Assembly: GCA_951406725.2 (NCBI GenBank)
Contig: OX597821.1
Location: forward strand, 22,134,001 to 22,198,000
From: Octopus vulgaris
Taxonomy: Eukaryota
Direction of reading: 5' to 3'
Length of the DNA: 64,000 nucleotides
Position 1 is the stretch's first letter. Each line of letters starts with the position of its first letter. A program made the translations under genes and the position numbers. The notes beneath the pieces are model-generated. The model saw only the letters and a list, made by a program, of their open reading frames with translations. It was not told the DNA's origin and did not search any database. This document shows positions 13,400 through 27,391 of the stretch, in pieces.

Positions 13400-14040
13400 A
13401 GGTGTCTCATAGTCGTTACCGTTGGCAGATTTACGAGCACAAATTTTGACGTTTATGTATAGTTACATAATAGTATTAATGATTAAATTTATCTCTTCAT
13501 AGAAACTTAGGGTCCTGTCTACGTAGAGAAATGGGTAAAAAATTTCCACGAAATTTACAACAAAACTGCGTTTCCTAGAGAAGTAGGAGTTGAAACAAAT
13601 ACACTCATAATGATAGCATTTGTTCTTATTTAGCTTGAAACAAAACAGAAAAATCCCAGTTCATGCTCTTGGTCTTGTGAATACCACTCGATTAAAGAAT
13701 TTTGTACTGGTGCACACGAGTGATTATTATTTTTGTTTATCTGGAAGATTGCAGTTTCCTTTCTTCGGGACCACTACTGTTATTGTCTTTCTTCATTCCT
13801 CCAGTGATTTTAGGCTTCAAAACTTTTCTCTTTCCTTTCTATGAGATTGATGCTGTTAAACACTTTATCCATTCTTCTGGCGTGTCATCTTTAATGGTTT
13901 TAGAATTAGACCTGGTTAGGGAAGTTTGGTAGAGCTAAATTTTGTAACACATCTGATGTGTTCTGGTTCAGCTTTTTTCTACAGACTGCTGCAATTACAC
14001 TCTCAATCTCTCTCCCTTTCTCTCCCTTTCTCTCCCTCCC

Positions 14041-14089
<49 letters not shown>

Positions 14090-14284
14090 GTCTGTCTGTA
14101 TGTATGTATGTCTATCTATCGCTTTCTCCCTCTCCCTCTCTATCTATCTATCCATCTATCTATCTGTCTAACAGTCTTCCTATCTATATATCTATCCATC
14201 TATCAATCTCTCGCTTTCTCTCTCTCTCTTTCTCTCTCCTTATTTCTCTCTTTCTCTCTCTCTATATATATGTATCAATCTCTC

Positions 14285-14349
<65 letters not shown>

Positions 14350-15240
14350 CATCTCTTTTCATCAGTTAGTTCAGCTGATATTTAAGGTACCCTAAGCTGA
14401 TTGTTAATCGGTTGCAAGTCGCTGGTAATTGTTGCAACAATTAATAATTTTTCAAAGTAAAGCCGAATCATTGTTATGTGATCTTCAATGGAGTCTGTCA
14501 TCACAACTGAGATTTGTTTCGTTTTCCTGCTATATATTTCCAAGCACCTTATGTTCTTCCAATTTCATGGTGTTACATGATTTCCCTGGCTAGTTGCTCT
14601 GCTCCAATAATTTTTCACTTTATTGTTCAAAAGTAGTTTGTATTGTATGCTGTAACTCATTACTTTCAGTTATAGCGGACATCAACCTAACAAGTTTTAA
14701 ACGTCTCCTCGTTTGAATGACTTCAGCACGACTATTCCATAAACATTGATTTTGCTTTCGGCGCCAGTTAGTATCATAGAATTGCGTAGGTGAAACAACA
14801 CATCAGTAATGTATGAGTTCCGTAAAGCCTTAAATCTATCGAATAACCTGCTTCTTAAATTCTTCACAGGCAAAACGATTCCTAAGTTCCAAACCATGAA
14901 AATTTATTTTTAGTTTTTCTATTTCTAGTTCGCCTTCAAACCTAAGATCATTACCTGATCAGATTCGTTTCATTTTGTTCTCGGTGACTTTACTTCAGTC
15001 GTTTTGGCATGGATTTTTAGAGAAAGAATCCAAGCTGGCTTTTCTACCTTGTGGGCCATAAGAGTTCCACAAGGGCACTTCGGTTTTCATCGAAAATATA
15101 TAAATCAGTTTTTCTTTTTTAGAAGTTACAAGAAAGGTATAAGGTGATGCATTTGTACTCCGCTCTCAGTGCACATCTTCTGATAGCGAAAATTGCTGTA
15201 AGATAATGAATTGTGTAAATTCTGTTCCTTTACCATTTAT
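13400..15240 (-). pseudogene. Highly decayed LINE (AP endonuclease end to RT start), interrupted by a CT/CTAT microsatellite
   Basis: Remnants LWNSYGPQGRKSQLGFFL..SDQ (endonuclease) and PKKGN..KFFNRVV..VNFVE (RT motifs) in the expected order. Confidence 0.5.
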
Positions 15241-15250
15241 TTAATTTCAT

Positions 15251-15617
15251 ACTTTCTTTACTCTTTTACTTGTTTCAGTCATTTGACTGCGGCCATGCTG
15301 GAGCACCGCCTTTTAGTCGAGCAAATCGACCTCAAGACTTATTCTTTGTAAGCCTAGTACTTATTCTATCAGTCTCTTTTGCCGAACCGCTAAACACACC
15401 AGCATCGGTTGTCAAGCAATTTTGGGGGGACAAATAGACACACAAACATATATACGAAGAGCTTCTTTCAGTTTCCGTCTACCAAATCCACTCACAAGGC
15501 TTCGGTCAGCCCGAGGCTATAGTAGAAGTCACTTGCCCAAGGTGCCACGCAGTGGGACTGAACCCGGAACCATGTGGTCGGTAAGCAAGCTACTTACCAC
15601 ACAGCCACTCCTACGCC
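15251..15617 (-). mobile_element. SINE family A with 13-bp TSD
   Basis: tatttaatttcat 15238-15250 / tatttaattacat 15618-15630. Confidence 0.9.
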
Positions 15618-15702
15618 TATTTAATTACATATTACACTCTGTACTCGCCTAACGCTTTATTCTGATATTCAGTTCTAATAACAGACTATTAGTATCGCTG
15701 TG

Positions 15703-15893
15703 AAGATGCGTGGCTTAGTGGTTAGGGAATTCGGCTCACAATCGTCAAGTTGGGTGTTAGACTTCTGGCTGTGCTTTATGCCCTTGAGCAAGTCACTTTA
15801 TTTCATGTTCCTCCAGTAGACTCAGTTGCCAAAATTTAGTTGTATCTGTAATTCAAAGGACCAGCCATGTCACGCTGAATCTCACTGAGAACT
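15703..15893 (+). mobile_element. Old tRNA/CORE-like SINE related to family C
   Basis: tggcttagtggttaggg head, cccttgagcaagtcacttta, and tcaaaggaccagcc..gtcacgctgaat shared with family C. Confidence 0.6.
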
Positions 15894-15894
15894 A

Positions 15895-16121
15895 CAACAA
15901 CGTCATCATTGCTGTCGTCATCATCATCATCATCAGCAGCAGCAGCAGCAATAACAACAACACAAAAATAATAACAGCAGCAACAGCAGCAGCAGCAGCA
16001 GCATCGCCGCCACTACCACTATCATCGTTATCGCCGTCGTTGTTATCATCATCAGCATCATCATCATCATCATCATCATCATCGTCATCATCATCATCAC
16101 CATCATCATCATCACCACCAC

Positions 16122-16188
<67 letters not shown>

Positions 16189-16249
16189 GTCATCATCATC
16201 ATCATCATCATCATCGTCATCATCATCATCATCATCGTCGTCATCATCG

Positions 16250-16296
<47 letters not shown>

Positions 16297-16348
16297 GTCG
16301 TCGTCATCATCGTCATCATCATCATCATCGTCATCATCATCATCATCG

Positions 16349-16413
<65 letters not shown>

Positions 16414-16423
16414 GTCATCGTCG

Positions 16424-16465
<42 letters not shown>

Positions 16466-16575
16466 ACAGCAACAGAGGCAGCAACAGCAGCAGTAGCATC
16501 ACGACCAACTGCTGCCTCTATGATCATCGCCGCGTCATCGTCGTATCGTCGTCGTCGTCGTTGTCGCCGTCGCCG
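15895..16575. repeat. (CAT)n-dominated trinucleotide array
   Basis: Direct reading. Confidence 0.97.
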
Positions 16576-17102
16576 TCCTCTTCATCTTCAGCTGCTCCAA
16601 GCTGGTTCCATCCTGTCAAAGGAGTCTTCCGTTATGTTGCAATTACATCTACAAACCTTCTTTTATTTTCGTTGCCTCTTCCTTTCCTTCTCTTTTCCAC
16701 GGCTCTACTTCCATTTTGTAGTTGTGACGTTTCGTTATGTACGCAATGTGGGTACATGGTGCGTATGTATACATGTTTGCATGTACATATTTATGCGTGT
16801 GTGTATTTATGTCTGTATATACGTATGTATGTAAGTTTGGTTGTATATATATATGCGTGTGTGTGTGTGTGTATGGGTGTCTATGCAGGTATGTATCTAG
16901 GTATGTACGCATCTACGAATATATTGTATTACGTAGACAGATACGTATATATTACGTAGATATGTACGTACGCATATATATATATATATGAACATATATT
17001 ATATAGGTATGTATATATATATGCGTGTGTACGTATGTATGCATGTATATGTGTATGCAGGTATAGATATAGAAATATATATATATATATATACATATAT
17101 AC

Positions 17103-17163
<61 letters not shown>

Positions 17164-17871
17164 TGTATGTATAGATATAAATGTAAATATGTACGCAAGT
17201 ACATATGTGTGTGTGCGTGTATGTGTGACCATACATATATATACGTGTATATGTGCTTATGTACGGTTCTGTATGCATGTATGTATATGTGCGTTTGCAT
17301 GTAAGTATCTGTGTTTGTATGCATGTATGTATGTATAGAAGAGGGGGAGGAGGAGGAGGAGAAGGAGAGAGGGAGACAGACAGACAGAGAAACAGATAGA
17401 AAGAAAAAACAGAAATACTGTGAAAACAGATTGACAGATAGGCAGAAAATACCAGTCGTGTGTATATATACCCGTATGTATATATACCCTGTGTTTGTAC
17501 CTGTATTATATGCGTTGTGACGTAAGTTTCATTAAAGTAACATGTCTTCCAGAATGAGGCATGAGAGGAGGAGGAGGACAAGGGAATAGTTCCGATCTCT
17601 AAATTATCTGAAACCTTTCTTGTTCTTAATGATGCGAGAAAAATAAGAAAAAAAACGATATGGCACCTTTTTTTATATTTGTTTGTTTATGTATTGATGT
17701 GTGAGAGAGAGAGAGAGAGAGAGTGTGTTTGTGTGTGGTTTACGTGCCAGTGTGTGTTTATATATTTATACATAAACATTTGAGTTATAAACAGACAGAC
17801 AGACAGACAGACAGATAAATAAATAATAGATAGATAGATAGATAGATAGATAGACAGATAGACAGATAGAC

Positions 17872-17906
<35 letters not shown>

Positions 17907-17910
17907 CAGA

Positions 17911-17966
<56 letters not shown>

Positions 17967-17973
17967 TAAATAA

Positions 17974-18114
<141 letters not shown>

Positions 18115-18121
18115 TAAATAA

Positions 18122-18194
<73 letters not shown>

Positions 18195-18855
18195 ATTATA
18201 CGTATATTTATAAATATATACATATACATATCAAATACATTACATACACAAACACACGCATGCAATATACACATAAACACATACGCACAAACATGAGTGC
18301 GTGTGTGATGTTTGTGTGTGTGTGTGTGTGTGTGTTTGTGTGTGTGTGTTTGTGTATATATACATGTGTCTACATGTGTGTGGAAGCCTGCATTTGTAAT
18401 TGTTGAAAGATAATGGCATGCACATAATTACATTCGTTCTGATAGATGCGTATGTGTGAGTGTAAATGTGCATGTGCTTACGCTGGTTGTATGTGCTTCA
18501 CGCGCACACTTTACATATAGCTAAATATATGCATACTTTTTTATAGACGCACAGACAGATGAACGCTTGCACGCCAGAATGCGTGTGTGATTGCGTGTGT
18601 GATTATTCATATATATAATTACATGTATGATTGTCTCTAAACAACTGTAAATTCATACAGACATACGTAAGTGTCATTATATAATTATATATATATGTAT
18701 ACATATATATATATATATATATATATCTGTGAGTGTGTGATTGTTTGTGTATGATATACATAATTATATATGTGTGAGTGTGTGATTGTTTGTGTATGAT
18801 ATACATAATTATATATGTATGTGTGTGTGTGTGTGTGTGTGTATACATATAACTA

Positions 18856-19228
18856 GAGGCACTCCATCGATTATGACGACGAGTGTTCTAGTTGATCCGA
18901 TCAACGGAACAACCTGCTCGTGAAATTAACGTGCAAGTGGCTGAGCACTCCACAGACACGTCTACCCATAACGTAGTTCTCGGGGAGATCCAGCGTGACA
19001 CACAGTTTGACAAGGCTGGCCTTTTGTAATACAGGTGCAACAGAAACAGGAAGAAAGAGTAAGAGAAAGTTGTGGTGAAAGAGTACAGCAGGGTTCACCA
19101 CCACCCCCTGCCGGAGCCTCGTGGAGCTTTAAGTGTTTTCGCTCAATAAACACTCACAACACTCGGTCTGGGAATCGAAACCGCGATCCTAACACCGCGA
19201 GTCCGCTGCCCTAACCACTGGGTCATTG
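18856..19228 (-). mobile_element. tRNA-Arg-like SINE family C
   Basis: Reverse complement match to 63447-63835. Confidence 0.9.
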
Positions 19229-19366
19229 TATATATGTATACATATATACAAGCTCAAATACACATATACAGAATACCTACACTTAGACACACACGCACAC
19301 AAGCTTGTAACTTCGTTAATTCTCCATCACAGTATTATGTCTCTGTGGGTTTCTTGATAACCTGAT

Positions 19367-19400
<34 letters not shown>

Positions 19401-20399
19401 TGTATGTATGTATGTATGTATGTATGTATGTATGTATGTATGTATGAATGCATGCATGTTAGAATGTATGCATGTTTGTGTATATGTGTAAACTTCACCT
19501 TGTGTAAGATACATTGTATAATCTGGTTTGAATGTCGATAAGTTGATAAGTAAAAGGTGTTTCTCTTATTCATAACTTCAAGAATTTAACCAATCACTGA
19601 TTTAAACATAATTTTCAAAGAAAACGTTCAAGAAAGCACTGTAAACGCATCGTAAAACTGTTCTCTTCACCTGCATGTCATATGTATATATATATGAAAA
19701 AATCATGTGTGTTAAGTACGCTGCGACTGACGAAAGGGCCTGTTGCAGAGGGAGAAAAATGTACACGAAACCTCAGTCCCCAATACATTTACATATTCTA
19801 TATTCATGTAATCCTATGAATCTCTGTAAACATCTAACTTATTTCTTAAATAATTCGTCAGCCAGTCATCCTCAACAGAAAGATTGTTTTACTTTTGGTT
19901 TATATATTTATGACAGAGTGGGAAAATTATTTCCTATCTCTGTTGAACCGTTGTTATTTTTCTGCCTGAAATTTCCTCTTTGAGTGCCTTAGACTGTGAC
20001 GAAAGGACTTTGACAGATTAACTGATTAATCAACTGGTCAATTGCTTAATTATCTAATAGACCTATTATAAAACTGAAGTGAAACGTAACTAGTGCGTGT
20101 GCTTTTATTAGCTACTAGCAGAAATACCAGGCGTTGCCCGGGTTAAAGAGAACAATGAAACTTAAAAACCCCGTCTATATTACGCAGGTCTCAACTGCTA
20201 GTAGCTGACATACCAACTTTCTACATTAACTCTCCGATCCATGCCAGCATGGAACATAGACATTAAGTGAAATAGTAAAAGAAAGTTTTCAACTCATATA
20301 TGTATATAAAGTAAGTACACGTAATTCAAAAACACGTATTGTGTAGCTTATTTCGTAAACAAAAAACAGGTGCAGATTATAAACAATGAAAGACCGATT

Positions 20400-21021
20400 T
20401 CGGTGATTCATTTGGCAGAAGTAGTAGAGAGCGAATCCGATGATAAATCTGACCTTGGAGCTTGAAAGTTTGCATGAATTCTGGTTCAGTTAAATCGCTT
20501 GTGGCTCCAAATGATGTCATCTGTAGTGTAGCGCTGTATTGTCTAATTTTGTTTTGGAAGTGCTTGGAATCTTGGTCAGTTGATGACAACAGTTTCTTCA
20601 ATGGTTCTGGAGGTTGGGTTATTGCAGGGAGTTTAACCTTTCCACCATTACAGTACAGTGCAGGTGTCTCTCCAAGCCATTTCCTTGCTTTACAATGTAT
20701 GCACTCAGTTGTTACTGCACCACTGGAAACTCTAGCGTCATCTGCATAATGAACTGCTAGATCATAATTGAAAGCTGTTTTATAGAAGTTGCTTCTCTGA
20801 GATGTTGCAGCTGCTCTTCGTTCTGCAGTGGAGATCCTATTCCATGTCAGCCGTGCATGCCTCTGTTCATCACTTTAAGATGCTCTGGCTTTTGTAGTGC
20901 ACAGTTTGCTCGTTTCTTGGTATGCGTCCCTTTCTGCAGTTGTCTCTCTTTCCCTGGACAGAGACATTCTTTTGGCTGACCTTGACATTGTAGACACATT
21001 TGACACTGTCCTTCTCGGCAT
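20400..21021 (-). pseudogene. Helitron RepHel N-terminal fragment
   Basis: MPRR..AFNYD..CIHCKARKWLGE..CNGGKVKLP..PPEPLKKLL..HFQNKIRQYSATLQMTSFGA..FMQTFKLQGQIYHRIRSL. Confidence 0.85.
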
Positions 21022-21719
21022 GGTTATATACATATACAGAAATACACGGGTGCAGAAGATAGTAAACAATGAAAATAACTGGGTAGCAAAAATTATATTT
21101 CTTTATACTACGAGCAGAATGTAGGAAATCAATTTTTACGGAAAATAAAGATTTATACGGGTTGAATGAAATTTGTTCATGAACCAAAGAACCAGTATCG
21201 AACGAACCAGAAAAAGCCGTTAACAGTATAAAAACACGAAACCGTTGCAAAAATAAATAAGGAATTTTGGGGGAAATTAACTAAGTGTACGGATTTAAGT
21301 GAAATTTTTGAAATTGCTTCTGTCAGCAAATTATGAACTTTCTTTAATCAGTAGTTCCGTCAACGACAAAAAAACCCCACAAAAGGTTGCAAAAGTAAAT
21401 AAGAAATTTGTAGGCAAATTTAACGAAGTGTACGGATTGAAGTGAAATTTATAAAGTTACTTCTATCAGTAAATTATGTATGAAATTACTTTCATCTGCA
21501 ATTCTTTCTATAAGTAATTTGTCGTTATTGTTTGTAAATAGCGATTGAACTTAAAGGGAAAACAATAGCGTCTGAAAATGGAAGTGAAAACAATAAAGAA
21601 TGAGTGAGATATAGAGAGAGGGGGAGAGAGTGAGCTAACTAGTTAGACAAATAAGATAGATATAGATAGACACATAATATATAGACAGAGAGATACAGAG
21701 AGATAGATATATATATAGA

Positions 21720-22020
21720 GCGAGATGGATAGAGAGATATAGACAGAGATATATAGAGCGATAGAGAGAGAGATAGAGAGAGAGATGGATAGAGAGATAT
21801 AGACAGAGATATATAGAGCGATAGAGAGAGATAGAGAGAGATGGATAGAGAGATATAGACAGAGATATATAGAGCGATAGAGAGAGATAGAGAGAGATGG
21901 ATAGAGAGATATAGACAGAGATATATAGAGCGATAGAGAGAGATAGAGAGAGATGGATAGAGAGATATAGACAGAGATATATAGAGCAATAGAGAGAGAT
22001 GGATAGAGAGATATAGACAG
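21720..22020. repeat. ~56-bp GA-rich minisatellite inside the Helitron
   Basis: Repeated atggatagagagatatagacagagatatatagagcgatagagagag. Confidence 0.9.
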
Positions 22021-22402
22021 CATTGACACGAGAAAACCGGAAGTAAATATTTAAAAAAGAAATTCAAAGACGTGAATATTAAAAGCAATATTTTTTATGA
22101 CCAATGGATGTAAGTGAGACACTCAATTTCTGAAAGTTACTTCGCAGAGTTATCTCCCCGTTACTCATTATGTGAAATGTTTTAAGAGTTTAGAACCATC
22201 CCTGGAACATAAGCAATGTATGTTCCCAGTTTGGAGAAAATCAGCTGAAAAACACGGCCGTTATAATCTTTTAAACACGCACACACAGAGAACAGGATTT
22301 ATATTAAAGATATGAAAAATCCGTATTAATTTCAGCTCACATTTTCATAAAATAAACACAAAAGTGTATATATATGTGTGTGTATAAATATATATATATA
22401 TA

Positions 22403-22482
<80 letters not shown>

Positions 22483-22722
22483 TTTTAAGAAAAAAAGAAA
22501 AGCATTACAACGCGAATAACAAATCTTTGGTTATCCATTTCAAATGTCAATAAAGCGTAACTGGAATGAAAGATAAATCTTTTAGTCAGAAACAAAGAAG
22601 AGATACGCTACCACTTCAAGTGATGCCAGAGTTTTAATTGTACTGTTTTAGGTGTGTTCAATAAAATTTTAAAAGATTTCGCTTAAAAACACTCAGAACT
22701 TTCCGCACAGCTTAATGCCTCT

Positions 22723-22865
<143 letters not shown>

Positions 22866-22899
22866 GTGTGTGTATTCTTTGACTTATCTGTTCTTGTAA

Positions 22900-23100
22900 C
22901 TGTTTAACCCGTGACTGAGCAAACCTTTGATCAAATGGAATTCCAGTCGTGACTGTCCCATTTTCTGAGACATATCTAAAACTACATTATCCAAAATGTT
23001 CTTCTCTATGATTTTTTTTAAACGGCCAGGGAACGATTTGAAGAAATTTACTCGCTATTCCTATCACATCTGAGTGACTACATTAATTGGCGTTCTTCGT
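22900..23100. repeat. Old dispersed repeat, family E
   Basis: Diverged reverse-complement similarity to 60780-60840 and 60930-61125. Confidence 0.4.
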
Positions 23101-23136
23101 CTATTTAGTACCTATAATTCATTAGGTTATGATAAT

Positions 23137-23541
23137 TGTTGGCATCCTTTTGTCTCGAGAGACAATGGAGTTGCGCGTAAACTAATTCAGTCTGGTTTTT
23201 ACATTTCATGTCCTCTCCAGTTTTGCTCAGTCCTGGGCTAGATGTAAGAAAATCCTGGGTAGCCCAATCGTCAGGATTCCTCTCTCGACCTTGCTAACGT
23301 AGTCCAAAGGAGTGCAGAGTATTACGTTTGGCACCAGCTTGGTTGCAGGGACTGCCGGAAGAGTGTCGAGTCGAACACTAAACCGCCTACGGGGCTCCAC
23401 TCCGGATTTCTTTGAAGGTTGTCTTCTTTCCGTAATCCTGGATAGGGGCCCATACCGGGTACTGTCAGCCGGAGCCAGCTGAGCCCGGGACTCGGGTCAG
23501 GCAGGGTCGTCACTCCCTGAAGTAGTGAAGAAGATCGCTAC
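23137..23541 (-). mobile_element. Non-autonomous RTE-related retroposon (5'UTR-like body plus RTE-type tail) with 13-bp TSD
   Basis: TSD aggttatgataat 23124-23136 / aggttatgacaat 23542-23554; 3' end ctcgagacaaaaggatgccaaca; family assignment from recollection. Confidence 0.7.
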
Positions 23542-23634
23542 AGGTTATGACAATATCATTATAGAAAAAACAACAACGACAACAAGAATAACAACAGTCA
23601 AGGCAAGTAAAAACAACACAACTATAGGAACAGC

Positions 23635-24192
23635 AGCAATAAGCCTGAAATTTTGTGGGAGAGGTTGATGATGGCAATCCCTCAAGGTCGAGGATGATGG
23701 TCTTCGCGCAAATTTACTGGTGAGTCCGTAGGTGACCGATAAGACCAATTCTTGCTTGAAAAGATCGGTCGCAGTGCGGATATCTAGTGCCGGAAGGGAG
23801 AGTCGCACGTGGTTGTTGTTGGCGCTCCTTCCGTCGTCGTCTTTTCTCCTCCAGCTCTGCAGACCTTTTCGACTCGAAAGTCGCCGTTCCCTCATGGATG
23901 GTGCTTTTCTAGAGTGTATGTGTATGCATTTGTGTATGTGCGTGTATTTGTGTGCATGTTTGCTACAAATATATATGCATATGTATGTATGTATGTTTGT
24001 GTATACATGGACATAACAACCCTAAGTCTATTACATCGCACCTTGCTAAACTGGTACCTATATTTATCGACCCCGAATGGATGAAAGGCAAAATCGATCT
24101 CAGCGGAATTTGACCTCAGAACATTAGGATGAACTAAATTCCGCTAAGCATTTTGTCCGGCGCGCTAACTATTCTGCCAGCTCGTCGCCTTC
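23635..24192 (-). mobile_element. SINE family B split into 23635-23664 and 24022-24192
   Basis: gcctgaaattttgtgggagagg joins taagtctattacatcg as in intact copies (47331-47545). Confidence 0.75.
23665..23910 (-). mobile_element. RTE LINE 3' end nested in a family B SINE
   Basis: IHEGTATFESKRSAELEEKRRRRKER..PHCDRSFQARIGLIGHLRTHQ*, then cctcgaccttgaggg stem-loop and (cat)n tail. Confidence 0.88.
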
Positions 24193-24736
24193 GGAACACC
24201 AACAATCAGCTGTTGATGGCTTTTATGTTTTTTCCTAATTGAAGTAACAAAACCCAATCTTAGGATGTAATTAGTGAAGGTGGCAGTTAGGTATATACAC
24301 ATATATGCTCGCATGTGTGTATGTGTGTATGTCTGTATGTGCGCGCGTGTGTGTGTTTATGTGTATATATCTGTAAGTATATGCATATACACGCATATGC
24401 ATATGCATGTGTGTATACAGAGGATGAAGGTGATGAGAATAAGAAGTGAGGACTGGCGAATGGACGAATATATAGATTGTAGTGGAGTGCATACTATTTT
24501 CATGGAAAAATGTGTGAGTTCGCGTGCGTATGCGGGCCCGCGTGTGCGCGTGTGTGTATGTGTATCCTTTTGTGTATGTGCGTGTATTTGTGTGCATGTT
24601 TGTTACAAATATATATGCATATGTATGTATGTATGTTTGTGTATACATGGACATAACAACCCTAAGATAACAGGACAAAAAATAAAATAATATACGTTAT
24701 GCTCACTAGGATTTCACAGAGAAATAAAAATATCAG

Positions 24737-24792
<56 letters not shown>

Positions 24793-24907
24793 GCGTGCGT
24801 GCGTGTGTGTGTGCGTGCGTGCGTGTGCGTGCGTGCGTGCGTGTGTGTGTGTAGGCATGTATATATATATATTTATACACACACACATATATATATATAT
24901 GTATGTG

Positions 24908-24974
<67 letters not shown>

Positions 24975-25473
24975 GCATATACAAATATACTGAAATATCA
25001 TTGTATGTAAAATATATGTCTATAATTGCAATATGATTGAACAAAAAAAAAATTATATGATTGTTATGGCGATGGGGATGATGGGAGTGGTTGTGACTTT
25101 GATGAAGTTGTGAGTGGAGGTGGGGATGGAATTAGAAGAAAGCAGGAGTGATGTTTTGCTAATGAGAAGAACTTGTATATACAGCATAACATCGAGTGGC
25201 AGGGTGCGTTTGGGGGGGGGTTGAAGGGGGTAGACGACACTTATATATCGAGAAGAGTGGAAGAGGTGGAGTAGGAGGCGGCAGGGGTGGGGGGCTAAGA
25301 AAGAGAGTATGAGAATGAGGTAGAGGATGCTGGGACCTGGGATGTGAGAGAACATAATGTAAGAGGTCTGATGTTGCTGCTAAATTTTCATTTGATGATT
25401 CATGTGTGTGTGTGTGTATGTATGTATTTGTATGTGTATGTGTGTTGTGTGCGTGCGTGTGTATGTATTTGTA

Positions 25474-25537
<64 letters not shown>

Positions 25538-25861
25538 TAGTTCGTATTCGTCATTCGTCTTCATCATCATCATCATCATCTTCATAATAATTGAGCAACG
25601 ACAACAACAGCAACAGCAGCAACAATAAAAGAGCAACTAGGCTATTAACAGCATTAACGACCACGGTAATTACAAACAAACACATACCGAGATCACCTAA
25701 CTTCCAACAACCATTCATTAACATGGAAAGTGTCAACAAAATATTACACATACCCATACATGCTTATGTGTGTGTGTGTGTGTGTGTGCATACCTATACA
25801 TGTGATTATAAATGCAGTTTGTGTTTATGTTTGTATGTCTGCGTATACATACACAAATATT

Positions 25862-25976
<115 letters not shown>

Positions 25977-27044
25977 GCATGCATATATAGATATGGCGGG
26001 AAACATTTTCTCTTAAATGTATAGTTAAAGCACGACTATGTTTATGTTATATCTTTTTTCTTTCATATGTCCTTATGAGATCTTTACAATTTTTTTCTCT
26101 TTTTCAACAGTAAAATCCCCAATTCCAGAAAGGCTTCGAGACTCGCAAGCTCTCATCTTCTTGATTACGTAATTCATGTTGCTACGCGTTGTTGCCTAGG
26201 CAGAAGCAATTGGCTTTTCCTCGTGCATTTCATTTTTCCTTTTCACACTAAATGTCATTATTGTCGGTTTGAGCTTTTATTGGCTGTTCATTGTTTTTGT
26301 TCAACAGTTAAAGCGCATTTGTTGTTTGAGATAATCCTACGTTAATCATTATTCGATCCGTTGTCATTATGTCTTCCATCTTTAATCGTCTAGTTTTTGT
26401 ACGGAATCCCATATAAAATAGATATGCTGTTTACAAACCGTTTCCAATCAGGGTTTTGTTTCGTGTTAGTGTTACGTAGTACATTACGATTGCCTCTCAT
26501 TTTCAATGCATGGTGATCCGACGAGAAGTTCATTTATGATATCAGGACCATCACTACCCAGTGCCCTTAACATTGCCCCACTCTTTGTTAAATCACAATG
26601 TTTTCCAAGGCTCTAAGAGGACAATTATCATCTAGGCTTAGAAACATTCATCCAAGAAATATTAGCGTGAAGGTGTAGAAACATTCATAGACCCGGGAAC
26701 TTTAATCGATACCGTTGACCCCGGAATTTAAAGAGACAAAATAAATACTGACAATCCACCGCCTATTATACGTATTTTATAATAATCTATCCAATATGGG
26801 TAATTTTTGAGATTTTTGCGTTAATTTTTTATTATTTTTTTAATGGAATTTACTTCTCAAACGTGAGGGCTTGTATTATAAAATCGTATCAGACCTTTGC
26901 AATTTAGCTATGTTTCTGCTCACCGACAGAATTATGTCCGAGTCATATTCTCAAATCGACAAAAGCTTTTTGAAAATGTATTTTTTTAAATATAAATACT
27001 GTAACTGTTTAAAATACCTCGTCTATTAAAATATACTTAACATA

Positions 27045-27391
27045 GGCGTAGACGTGACTGCGTGGTAAGAAGCTTGCTTCCCAACCACATGGTTCTGGTT
27101 TCAGTCACACTGTGTGGCACATTGGACAAGTATCTTCTACTGTGTTCTCGGGCGGACCAACCCCTGTGAGTAGATTTGGTAGACAGAAACTGAAAGAAAC
27201 CCGTCTTATGTGTGTATATATATATATATATGTATGTGTGTGTCTTTCTGTTTGCGTTCGTCCCCCACCACCGATTGACAACCAGTGTACTAGGCCTTAA
27301 AAATCAAGTCCTAGGATCGATTTGTTCGGCTATAGCCCTTCAGGAGGTGCTACCAGCATAGCTGCAATAAAATTACTGAAACAAGTAAAAG
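27045..27391 (+). mobile_element. SINE family A, older copy
   Basis: Diverged head-to-tail match with internal deletions. Confidence 0.85.

Larger units (their letters stand above)
20115..22310 (-). mobile_element. Internally deleted Helitron with both termini
   Basis: Minus strand starts TC (22310), ends hairpin cccgggcaacgcctgg + CTAG (20115), inserted between A and T; carries a RepHel N-terminal relic. Confidence 0.88.
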
